A stretch of 63,844 bases of DNA, filler included, from Corallochytrium limacisporum Hawaii (Eukaryota; Protista; Pluriformea): assembly GCA_002811645.1 (NCBI GenBank). It is 3 parts of 3 records of this genome, joined end to end, with 100 filler letters (N's around TTAATTAATTAA, not from the genome) between each part and the next. Parts side by side here need not be neighbours in the genome. Positions count along the whole stretch, not along the records: positions 17,089 to 41,019 come from PDIP01000106.1; positions 41,120 to 63,844 come from PDIP01000254.1; 1 more part is not named here. The stretch is one strand, 5' to 3'. Each line of letters opens with the position of its first letter. The stretch's first letter is position 1. Below are positions 32,275 through 42,160 of this stretch, piece after piece. The notes beneath the pieces are model-generated. The model saw nothing but the letters and a program-made list of their open reading frames with translations. It searched no databases and had not been told where the DNA came from. The position numbers were made by a program, and so were the translations under genes.

Positions 32275-32955
32275 TCCAAAATGAAGACATGCTGTTTCTG
32301 ACACTTTTGGTTGTTAGCCGAATCATTAAATCCTATACCAATTGGACCTGTCAACTAACTGTGGCAGTTTTCGATCGCTGTTTAAACCGATCACCCCAAG
32401 TGCCCCTTCCCACCACCCCCCCTTGGTGGGGCCCTTACAATAGCGAAACTAATGAATTGTTCACCTCCCCCCCCCTCCCCTCAGTTTTCTGGAAGGTTTC
32501 TTGCTCTTAACCTTTCTCTTGTTCCCCTCGTCCCAATGTGGCAACTCTGCCGATTGAAGTTCTCTGTTGCCCTTGTGCCAGTCAGTCCTCTGCCTCTCTC
32601 CCTCGGAGAACCACGCGCTAAGAAATGTGCTGGCCGCAAAGGGGCTTCTAGAGGTCGTTTGCAGGTTTGTGGGCCGATGTTCGTTTCTATCATTTTCCGG
32701 GGTACACGAACAATGGTTGTTTTCGCACAGGCGTCTAACATGCTGACAGATGAAGAACACTAGGTACTCAAGAACACCATAGGGTAGTCGTCCTTTCCCC
32801 AGTCTGCCAGAATCTCGTACCCACGCTTAGTTGCTGAGCATATTGTAAGTCATCATACGCGGGGTGTGAGATCATATTCTTGGAGGTGATCTCGCTGTTA
32901 CTAAGCATAGTAATCCAAGATTCCAGTCAGAAGCACTACAGATACACCTGGCACC

Positions 32956-33714
32956 ATGAGGCCCCGCTCTGAGGTTTCTAACCGGGAACTAGACATTGCA
33001 CCTGAAGTCAAGAAGACGATGCATTCCCTCAGGGACCGACTAACGGGTGATGCCTGGTACTACATCAATGAGGTGTTTCCGCGCAAGATTGTTGAATTGG
33101 ACGAACTTTACAACAGCGATTTGTTTGATGTGCGAACTCTGGCCGAATTACAGGCCCCCACGGTCAACTCCAATAGCACCGCCGGTGAAGGCAGCAGTGA
33201 TCAGCCGCCCACAAAGAAGCGTCACTTCGAAAATACCGACGGCGGCAAAGAATTTGATGCCTTTGATGGCACTGTGACCATGGATGTACGTCTGCAGAAG
33301 ATGATGGATGTACTAAGGCCGGAACTCGTTGACATCATTAAGAACTGTAACGCTGTGAAGATTTGGATTCAGCTTAACATTCCCCGGATCGAAGATGGCA
33401 ACAATTTCGGTGTGAGCATCCAGGAAGAGACGGTGAGTGAACTGAGTCGCGCCGAGGAAGCTGCATATGCGTATATGGAAAATTTTACAAAGTTTTTTAT
33501 CACACGGGGCAAAGTCAGCTCGAAAGTGCTTAAGTATCCAGGACTCAACGACTACAAGGTCGCCATCAGGCGGCTGGACGAAAAAGAGTGGATGGATCTA
33601 AAGTACCTTCTTCTGGAGATTCGTAACAACTACAGTATACTGCATGATATGCTGCTGAAGAATATGGACAAAATCAAGAAGCCTCGGACCGGACATATGG
33701 AGAATCTTTACTGA
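32956..33714 (+). CDS. PSME3: Proteasome activator PA28gamma/REGgamma
   Basis: WIQLNIPRIEDGNNFGVSIQEE activation loop; EIRNNY; KIKKPR; NLS-like PPTKKR. Confidence 0.95.
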   Translation: MRPRSEVSNRELDIAPEVKKTMHSLRDRLTGDAWYYINEVFPRKIVELDELYNSDLFDVRTLAELQAPTVNSNSTAGEGSSDQPPTKKRHFENTDGGKEFDAFDGTVTMDVRLQKMMDVLRPELVDIIKNCNAVKIWIQLNIPRIEDGNNFGVSIQEETVSELSRAEEAAYAYMENFTKFFITRGKVSSKVLKYPGLNDYKVAIRRLDEKEWMDLKYLLLEIRNNYSILHDMLLKNMDKIKKPRTGHMENLY

Positions 33715-34041
33715 GTCATTTACAAATCGTCCACCCAAAAATCATGATAGCACTTGCATTTTACACACTGCGAAAAGCGTGTGACAATTACATTAGAGAC
33801 CTCAATCTTTCTCTGCCTTCGCCTGTCTTCCAATATGATCCTCACGTTGGTAGGGAACCAGAATGTCATGGATTGGTCTAAACGTTGTATTTCAAAACAA
33901 GATAGTAGAAAATTTGAATCGATGTCTCGGGCACAAAGGATGATCGCCCTTTTCTGTTTCGTGTGTTTGTACTGTTTCTCTTTTCACGATATGGATCTAG
34001 CACCTTGGTCAGGGAAGGATGTCTTGCTTCGACGTCATTTC

Positions 34042-35346
34042 CTAAAGGGAGCGTCCGATGAGAGCTTTCATGATTTCGTTGGTTCCACCATAGATACGCT
34101 GCACACGACCATCCACGAAAGCGCGGCACACTGGGTACTCCCACATGTAACCCCAACCACCGTGCAGTTGCACGCACTCGTTGGCCACTTTGTCCTGCAG
34201 ATCGGTGGCCCAATACTTGGCCATGGATGCCATCTGGCTGTCCAGTTTCTTGTCCTTATGCAGTTCAAGGCAGCGGTCGACGAAGGCGCGGCCCACGGTA
34301 AGTTCGGTCTTCATCTCCACCATGCGATGGTTCAGTACCTGCTGATCAAGCAGGGGCTTGCCGAATGCTTTACGGTCCTTTAGGTAGTCACGAGTTATCT
34401 CAAACATGGCCTCACCTGCCGCCAAGCCCATGTCTGCAATCAACAAACGTTCTTGGGGCAGTTCACCCATAAGGTAGTAGAAACCCTTGTTCACTTCACC
34501 CAGGACAGCACTGTCCGGTACAAAGAGGTCTTCGAAGAACAATTCCGAAGTATCTTGAGCCTTCATGCCCATCTTCTTGAGCTTTTTACCCTTGGTGAAC
34601 CCCTTGGCATCACCGTCCACCAGGAACAAGGTAATGCCGTGGGGCCCCTTCTCCGGAGCTGTCTTGGCGCAAAGAATCAGCACACCGCACATCCAGCCAT
34701 TGGTGATGAATACCTTAGAACCGTTAATGAGGTACCCACCATCGACTTTCTTGGCAGTCGTACGCATGGCAGCGACATCTGATCCGGCATGGGGTTCCGT
34801 CATGCCCAGGGCACCGATACACTCACCTTTGGCCATGCGGGGCAGGTAATTCTTCTTCTGCTCCTCAGTACCGTAGTTTTCAATGTAGGGCATGGCAATG
34901 TCAGAGTGGAGGCTGAAGCCAGGGCCAGTGCACAGAGAATAGGCCTGCTCCTCCCAGACAATTGCAGAGTAGAGAATATCGGTACCAGCACCACCGTACT
35001 CTTCAGGACAGGCAGGTCCCAGTAGACCGAGTTCGCCGGCCTCTAGCCAGCACTCGGGGCTGACCTGTCCTTCCTCTTCCCACTTATCATGGAAAGGTTT
35101 CACACGCTCTTCAAAGAACTTACGAGCAGTGTCACGGAACATGTCGTGGTCTTCGTCGAAGATCTCCCGGGTACCGAGGGCAGTCAAGCGATCAACCTGG
35201 GCAGGTTCGGGACGCAGGGTGGACATGGCCATCCGGGATCCAGCGACACTGAGAGTGGGCTTCACAACTTGGCTGCTGATGCTCGTCTGGCGGGCAGCAG
35301 AGGTGACAAAGCGAGAAGCAAAACGTGTAGCGAAGAGGGAAGTCAT
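34042..35346 (-). CDS. ACADL: Long-chain acyl-CoA dehydrogenase, mitochondrial
   Basis: Arg/Ser-rich presequence; MTEPHAGSD; GSKVFITNG; ELPQERL (LCAD-type catalytic Glu) with QRIYGGTNEIMK. First in-frame ATG is 35346; the track's 35385 start is TTG. Confidence 0.93.
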   Translation of the reverse strand: MTSLFATRFASRFVTSAARQTSISSQVVKPTLSVAGSRMAMSTLRPEPAQVDRLTALGTREIFDEDHDMFRDTARKFFEERVKPFHDKWEEEGQVSPECWLEAGELGLLGPACPEEYGGAGTDILYSAIVWEEQAYSLCTGPGFSLHSDIAMPYIENYGTEEQKKNYLPRMAKGECIGALGMTEPHAGSDVAAMRTTAKKVDGGYLINGSKVFITNGWMCGVLILCAKTAPEKGPHGITLFLVDGDAKGFTKGKKLKKMGMKAQDTSELFFEDLFVPDSAVLGEVNKGFYYLMGELPQERLLIADMGLAAGEAMFEITRDYLKDRKAFGKPLLDQQVLNHRMVEMKTELTVGRAFVDRCLELHKDKKLDSQMASMAKYWATDLQDKVANECVQLHGGWGYMWEYPVCRAFVDGRVQRIYGGTNEIMKALIGRSL

Positions 35347-36375
35347 CTTTGCGTCTAATTCGAAGCGGTTCCCGTTAACATACAAAGAGAGTACATCTAT
35401 GTCTACCTCCCGCCCTCTATTTAAGATAGGGAGGTTCCCTAGTACCTGTGATCATTGCAAGTAATGTATATGACGATTTCGCGCTTGTCGCTTTCGAGGA
35501 CGTTCAGACGGGAAACACTAATCGCTTCATTCCGGCGCTTCGGCACCACACCCTTTCCTTGAAACAATCACGCGGTGCGGTTCCTCTTATCTCAACATGT
35601 CTCTACAGTAATCCAAAAAGGAGTTAACGGAACTGTGGTCATAACGAAACTGTGGTCAAGATGTAGGATTTGCCCGCGCAGAAGCCTTCTTGCAAAATGC
35701 AATTCCAGCAACTACGGTCATCTTTAGGAGCGGACGTGAGCCTTCTCTCTTCTAATGGCTCCGTCGTCAACTTCCTGGGCGGTCTATAGACACCACTCTC
35801 CAATCTTCAATTATCTGCGGCCAGGGGAACCACGGGATAAAAATAGAACGCTCTCTTCTATTTGACTCTCTCCCATTTTCCTAGTCTTCCAAGACTTTGA
35901 ATAGTTATGCGCCACTCCCCCGCCTATCTCCGTTGAAAATTTTCTATGGAGACACGAAGAAGGAATTCCTCGAGGTAGCCCTAACCAGCTACCATCAGCG
36001 ACTTTTGCCTTTGCAGTCCGGACGGAAAATTCATCCAGGGCACCAGCTCTCTCAAGTGGTGAACGGAGACGAACGCATCCCAATCAGTGTAATTAAGGGC
36101 ACAGTTTATTAAACACTTCGGTTCAACTGGTCGCATGCTATCCGAGAGAGGGTAGGTGAGCGTGCTATTGGGGTCGCTAGAAGCGACAGCAAGCAGTCAT
36201 ATTATCGAAGGATTGATCTGAGCTGGAACTTGGAAGGGAATAGTCGTCAAAAGCTCAAATAGACCACTCAAAGACTGTAGTTGCATACAGTACTGCTCAA
36301 AATACTTTATTGAACACTCGGTAGTGTCAACGCTAAAACCGTTCCTTTCTCCCTCGCACCCAAGTCTCGCCATCA

Positions 36376-37653
36376 TCAGTGCTTCTGGTCATGGTCCATG
36401 GCATTGTCGTAGTACTCGGCGTCGTGTGCATGTAGATCTCCATCATCTGAATCGTCCTCCTCGAGTAGCTCTCGATCGTGTCGGCCCGGGGTCAGACTCG
36501 GAGGGATCTCCGACATTTGCACGGAAGGTGCACCCTGCAAACTCTTTAAGTTCTCCACAGCGTACCGCAGGACTTTCTGTAGATACTCAGTAGTGTTCTG
36601 GTTCTCAATTTTTGTCGACGTGTCCGGATGTAATTGGTAGTCTGGACCAAAGAATTCAAAATAATCCGAGAAGGGCAGGTCATTCTCCACGTCCTTGTCC
36701 ACACATACGGCCGTCTCATGAGTCCAGCATCGAGCGACATTGCGAATGGTATAGCCACCCCCGCCGAGCACGAGCAAAGGTAGATTGAACGATTTTACAA
36801 AATCTACACACATACCGTGACCCTTAGTCGTGAGATTGAAACACCCAAGACGGTCACATCCCAGGGAATCGGCACCGCACTGCAGCACAATGGCCGTGGG
36901 TTGGTAGTGCTGTATACATGCCTTAATAACGGGCCGGAACAGGCGCATGTAGTCTTCATCGTCAATACCATCCTTCAACGGAATGTTCACAGAGTAATAT
37001 TTCCCTTCTTTGGCACCAATCTCCGTCAGGGCTCCAGTTCCCGGGAAGAAGTTGTTGCCGTACTTGTGGAATGATACAGTCAGAACGCGGTCAGTAACAT
37101 AAAAGGCCTCTTGCACACCGTCCCCGTGGTGAATGTCAATGTCAATATACATCACCCGCGGATGGTACCGCAAGAGCTCCAGGATTGCAATAACAATGTC
37201 ATTGACGTAGCAGAATCCACTGGCCTCAAACTTCTTGGCGTGGTGCAGACCACCACTCCAATTGATTGCAATATCACTCACTCCCGAGTTCAATTTAGCC
37301 GCCCCCTCCAAAGACCCACCAGTATACCGGGTGCAAAAGTCGTAGAGGCCGTCAAAAACTGGACAGTCGTCTCCGACATTAAACCGGGTTAGAAACTCCG
37401 AGAAAGTGTGCAGATTGTCCGGAGTGACTCTGCGCAAAAAGTCCACATAGTCCTCAGAATGGAAGCGCAAGAGGTCGTGCTTGTTAGCAATGTAAGGTTT
37501 GTACACGTCCATATATTTGTGTAGTCCATAGTTCATCACCAGCGAGTGAGTTAATGCCAAACGGTGTGGTTTCATAGGATGCAGGGCACCGTAGTGGTAG
37601 TTACCAATGTCCGGGTCGAACATGTAAGATACCCGCTTCTTCCCTGATGCCAT
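36376..37653 (-). CDS. HDAC3: Class I histone deacetylase, HDAC3/Hos2-type
   Basis: [12 protein letters not shown]; [19 protein letters not shown]; [15 protein letters not shown]; [13 protein letters not shown]; [13 protein letters not shown]; IENQN. Confidence 0.95.
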   Translation of the reverse strand: MASGKKRVSYMFDPDIGNYHYGALHPMKPHRLALTHSLVMNYGLHKYMDVYKPYIANKHDLLRFHSEDYVDFLRRVTPDNLHTFSEFLTRFNVGDDCPVFDGLYDFCTRYTGGSLEGAAKLNSGVSDIAINWSGGLHHAKKFEASGFCYVNDIVIAILELLRYHPRVMYIDIDIHHGDGVQEAFYVTDRVLTVSFHKYGNNFFPGTGALTEIGAKEGKYYSVNIPLKDGIDDEDYMRLFRPVIKACIQHYQPTAIVLQCGADSLGCDRLGCFNLTTKGHGMCVDFVKSFNLPLLVLGGGGYTIRNVARCWTHETAVCVDKDVENDLPFSDYFEFFGPDYQLHPDTSTKIENQNTTEYLQKVLRYAVENLKSLQGAPSVQMSEIPPSLTPGRHDRELLEEDDSDDGDLHAHDAEYYDNAMDHDQKH

Positions 37654-38489
37654 ATTGTATACTGCGTACCTGTCTTATTGTTCCTTGGTCTACTTTCGCT
37701 ACAGCCATAAAGAAAAATTGTGTTTTTAGGTACTGACAGTGGCAAAAAGATTCGCCGGCCAAGTTCCTTCGAATTTCTGCAACGCAAACCTTTCCTCCTA
37801 AACGTTGCAATCACGTCGGCATTGGTCAAGACAAAATTTCTTTTCAGACCCGTATACCGGTTTCGTATTTGCATAGTTTGTAATGCATGATGCGCTTATT
37901 GTGATTAATATTGGTGAATCGAAATCCGTATTCTATACCTGAACCATTTGCATCAACACCTTTTCTGGAATGGATACAGACTGCCGGCAGCACCTCATGT
38001 ACTTAACGTGCCATTTGAGCTCGAGTGCACCCTCCCAACTTTTTGCCGCCAATTGAGCCAATTTGTGGGTTGGTGCAGAGGGAGGACTGGTAGTGAGAGA
38101 CTACCATGCGGCGAAACCCCTCTCGATCCTCCAGAAAGGGCTTTGGTGGTGGAATGGGACGACAGGGAATGGGTCCCGAACGATCAGAACCATCTCAGAT
38201 TCCCGGGGAGAGGCGGAGGGGGAATACGCAGCCTAGGATTAGCTAAGAGTTTCCAAAGGCACCATCTCTTGAAGAGAAGTGGTTTCTTTCGAAGATTCAA
38301 CAGATATCTATGAAGCAATGGCTATTTATGGCAGTGTTTAGAGAAGTGGACAAGTGAACTTCTGGGCCAATGTTTTTTAGAGGTCCAAGAGATCAAAGTG
38401 AACACATGTCCCGCGGGATGGAGAAAAGAGGACGAATCCAATGATCTTGCGGCGATTAAGACTTTGATCTTAATCAACGAGATCTCACT

Positions 38490-39692
38490 ATGGTAGCAAC
38501 GACACGCAGGCGCAGTATTCGCCTTGAAAATGATGTCAAAGAAAAGAAATCCGCCGTCAGCGCTCTCAGAGTGGAGCAGAACACGACACAGATCACTAAG
38601 CAGTTCAGGACAGTGAAGACGAGCTCTCGGAGGCGCCAAATCTCATTGAAACAGGAGCAAATGGATGAGCGTGGCACATCCACAGATCTGATATACACAT
38701 ATCCACAGAAGTTAATTACCGGCACAGTTGTTGACAGACCCAACCGCTTTGTGATGAATGTTATCCTTGACGAAAATACCGACGAACGTAAACTTGCCGA
38801 GAGTAGCAGGGGAGACTGGAAGTTGAGCAGAAAGAAGACAAAACCAACCCCGGTTAGGTGCCACTGTCCGAACACCGGACGGATAAGTTCCATTGAGTTT
38901 AGTGGTGAGCGCGTGCTAGTTCTGGACTGTGGTGAGCGGGATACAGCCAAAACACGATACACTGTCGAAGCTTTCGCCCTCAAGGACGACCTGGGCCCAG
39001 TCCCTAAGTGGATTGGCATTAATCAGAACCGAAGCAATCGAATAATGGAATGCCTTCTGAAAGGCAACGCTCTAGAGGCACTGGTTGGTGGGATGGTTAC
39101 ATCTGTTCGGCGGGAAGTGATGGTTGCAGACAGCTCATGTCGCTTTGACTTTCTTGTTAACGGTGATCACTTGCTTGAGGTGAAGACGCCAACTGGTTTT
39201 CTATTGCACCCACTGAAGAATGACTTTAGGGACGGTAAGAATACTTCCACAATGTTCGTGAGTCAGTTGAGTGATCGGTTGATAACACACCATCAGGAAT
39301 TAGCGAGACTGATTACCAAATCACAGCAGCCGAAAGAAAGGGGGACTGATTCTGAGAGACCCGAGAAGAGGGATGCAGTCGGAAACAAGAAGACTGTCAG
39401 ACATGGCAATTCTAAGAAGATGGTAGGGAAAACTAGCAGCAGAATTGTCCGCACACCCATCCGCAGGGCATCAGTAGTGCTCATGTTTCTCTACGATGGA
39501 GAGATTTTCCAAGGCCCCGACCCCGACCCCAGCACCGACTTTGGCAAGCGCCTGGCCTATGTTCGTCAGCAGGTTAGAGCGGCGCAAGAAGTTGGGGTGA
39601 GGAGTTGGCAAGTCAATGTCGCCCTCTCGTCCGAGGGTGCACGGTTGGTGAGCTATCGACCTCTGGGACAATGGCGGACGGGCGATAAGTAG
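38490..39692 (+). CDS. sfsA: SfsA-family (sugar fermentation stimulation) OB + PD-(D/E)XK nuclease-fold protein
   Basis: GTVVDRPNRFV; HCPNTGR; KTRYTVE; WIGIN; VRREV...RFDF...LLEVK. Carries a basic N-terminal extension. Confidence 0.85.
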   Translation: MVATTRRRSIRLENDVKEKKSAVSALRVEQNTTQITKQFRTVKTSSRRRQISLKQEQMDERGTSTDLIYTYPQKLITGTVVDRPNRFVMNVILDENTDERKLAESSRGDWKLSRKKTKPTPVRCHCPNTGRISSIEFSGERVLVLDCGERDTAKTRYTVEAFALKDDLGPVPKWIGINQNRSNRIMECLLKGNALEALVGGMVTSVRREVMVADSSCRFDFLVNGDHLLEVKTPTGFLLHPLKNDFRDGKNTSTMFVSQLSDRLITHHQELARLITKSQQPKERGTDSERPEKRDAVGNKKTVRHGNSKKMVGKTSSRIVRTPIRRASVVLMFLYDGEIFQGPDPDPSTDFGKRLAYVRQQVRAAQEVGVRSWQVNVALSSEGARLVSYRPLGQWRTGDK

Positions 39693-39808
39693 CACAAACT
39701 GCTCCATGTGATATACTTAGTGAATAGAAGGAATTAGTCTACTTAATCTAGAAGTTTCATCGCTGCACACGTTACAGTTGACACGGTGGAAAGCGAAGAG
39801 TGGTACCA

Positions 39809-40693
39809 TTAGGGACTAGTCGTGCCAGGCGTATTCTCTTCCAGCAGAAGTGTGTCATTGGCCACCGTCTCCCATTCGTCCACGAGGTTCAGTGTTGATT
39901 GACATTTCCTACGAATCGTTTCCACGCAGTCCGCACCCAGAACTATACGCTGGGGCACGTCCCGACCTGCACCGCAGCCGGTGTGGGTGAGAATGTCGAC
40001 AATGACAATCGCAGCCTTTTCAGTAGATCCAGGCTGACGCCGAGCAGCAGCAGCAAGTGCCTTTCGTCCCTCTCCTACCCGACTATCTTCGTAGGCTTTG
40101 ATACGCACCGCACTCTCCACTTTCTGTCCTTTATCAAGGAAGCCAGTCCGAAAGAATCCGGGTTCAATAACCGTGGCAGTGATTCCCAAGGGTTTCAATT
40201 CGTCTCTCAGCCCTTCACCAATTGCACTGCAAGCCCACTTTGTGGCCGCATAGAGAGTCCAACTGCTCTTTGAAATCCAACTACCAAGGGATCCAAACAT
40301 TGCGACCGTCCCACTGCCTTGGGCGCGCATGTGAGGAAGAACAGCACGCGTCACGTTCAGTGCCCCAAACACGTTGACAGCGAAAATGTCCTGGGTTTCT
40401 TCTGCCGAGGTTTCCTCCACGGCACCCTCCAACATATGCGCTGCTGAGTTGAGCAAAACATCAATCCGTCCGTAAACCTTAAATGCATCATCCACAACAG
40501 CCTGAATACGGGACTGAGACCAGGTGACATCGAGGACCATGAGCTTGGCGTTTTCGTGTTCTAAATCTTTCAGCTTGTTCATGTTGCGCCCGGTGGCGAT
40601 CACTCTGTGGCCCCGACTAAGGGCCTCATCTGCAATGGCTCGCCCAAAGCCACGAGCTGCCGCAGTAATGAAAAACACCTTTGACTTGGACAT
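39809..40693 (-). CDS. Classical short-chain dehydrogenase/reductase
   Basis: FITAAARGFG (variant of TGxxxGxG); GRIDVLLN; VNVFG; YAATK catalytic motif; IEPGFFRT. Confidence 0.93.
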   Translation of the reverse strand: MSKSKVFFITAAARGFGRAIADEALSRGHRVIATGRNMNKLKDLEHENAKLMVLDVTWSQSRIQAVVDDAFKVYGRIDVLLNSAAHMLEGAVEETSAEETQDIFAVNVFGALNVTRAVLPHMRAQGSGTVAMFGSLGSWISKSSWTLYAATKWACSAIGEGLRDELKPLGITATVIEPGFFRTGFLDKGQKVESAVRIKAYEDSRVGEGRKALAAAARRQPGSTEKAAIVIVDILTHTGCGAGRDVPQRIVLGADCVETIRRKCQSTLNLVDEWETVANDTLLLEENTPGTTSP

Positions 40694-40987
40694 GTTTCAT
40701 AGTGTCTGGAGGTAGGACTCACACAGCATTAAAGTGATTGTGGCTAGCCTTCTTGCTCAAATAGAAGGCCTGCACAACAGACCGGCGTCCGTCAATACTT
40801 ATCACCCTACCACTAGGAGTAGCATAGTCAATAGAAACCCATCATTTATGCGCATACATTCTTCTTGACTGTGACCGGGTTTCACTGGATGCCATGGCAC
40901 CAGTATGGCAGCCACTCCCGATGGTTCACACTGATTTCCGAAGAGAGGAGTAATAGGTAAATTGGTAGCGTAAACATTTCAGCACAC

Positions 40988-41019
40988 AGGGTTAGGGTTA
41001 GGGTTAGGGTTAGGGTTAG
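40988..41019 (+). repeat. Telomeric repeat (TTAGGG)n, about 5 units, truncated by the contig end
   Basis: agggttagggttagggttagggttagggttag. The G-rich strand runs toward the contig end, as at a chromosome terminus. Confidence 0.8.
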
Positions 41020-41119
41020 NNNNNNNNNNNNNNNNNNNNNNNNNNNNNNNNNNNNNNNNNNNNTTAATTAATTAANNNNNNNNNNNNNNNNNNNNNNNNN
41101 NNNNNNNNNNNNNNNNNNN
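41020..41119. other. Assembly spacer (44 N + TTAATTAATTAA + 44 N)
   Basis: Same artificial 100-nt linker as 16989-17088. Confidence 0.97.
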
Positions 41120-41177
41120 TCTCTCTCTCTCTCTCTGTGTCTCTCTGTCTCTGTCTCTCTCTCTCTCTCTCTCTGTG

Positions 41178-41255
<78 letters not shown>

Positions 41256-41259
41256 TCTC
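41120..41259. repeat. (CT)n/(CTGT) compound microsatellite at contig start
   Basis: Directly visible. Confidence 0.95.
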
Positions 41260-42160
41260 GCCACTTGAGCCCGTGCTTAACAAAACGGCGAGACGGGGGA
41301 AGGAAGGCTGCGGAGGGGTAGGGAACCCGCCCGTACTGGAACGGCCCCCTTTCGGTTCTGGGCCACCGAAAAAAAAAACGGGCCCTAAAGCACCAGAAAG
41401 AGAGGGGAGAGGGTAAGAGTGAAGGCCCCGCCCCGGGGGGGATGTGTGTGTGTGTGTGTGTGGAGGGGAACCCAAAGGAAATATTCTTTTGCATACAAGA
41501 AGCATAGAAATCAATAAATAAACATCAACGAACCGGAGTCCATTTTCTTTCTCGCTCAGGCCCCGGTGGGGGGCTGGCCTCTGACTCTCTCTCTGTGTGT
41601 CTCTATGCGGGCTATGGTCCGTTCGGTACTTTCACTATAGACACCGGCGGTTGTGAGCCTCAGGAGGGGGGGGGTCCCGGTGTAAGTGGCCGGCGGTACA
41701 ACAACGGTGGGGTAGCCCCACGGGAGGCCTTGGGTTTCCGGGCTTTGGGTCTCGGTTGGAAAGCCAGTTTTTTTTCTGGTGTTTTTCCTGAGGGTGCTCC
41801 CCCCCCTCCCTAACCCTGCGGGACCCCTTCGGTTTGCCCAAGGGGGCCCCCAGCGGGGTTACTACTGGCTGTGTTGTCTTGCTGCGTCCCAACGGTCTCA
41901 TTCCAGAATCGGCTCCGGTGTCTTTTGTTTTTCGTTTTGTTATTTTTATGTGTTTGGCCCATTACGCTGTTGATTTATGGAGTTAGTTATTGCCACTGAC
42001 TATTTAAGACAATGCAAAGTGTATCGGTAATGATCGGGACAGAGCACCTTCTGTCCAATGATCCCGAACTGAACAACGGAACAATTCAAAATGTGAAATG
42101 TAGACCTGTTTCCGTGGACTAAGAGACACTGTTATACACAGGCCAGGCCACAGCACAGCA

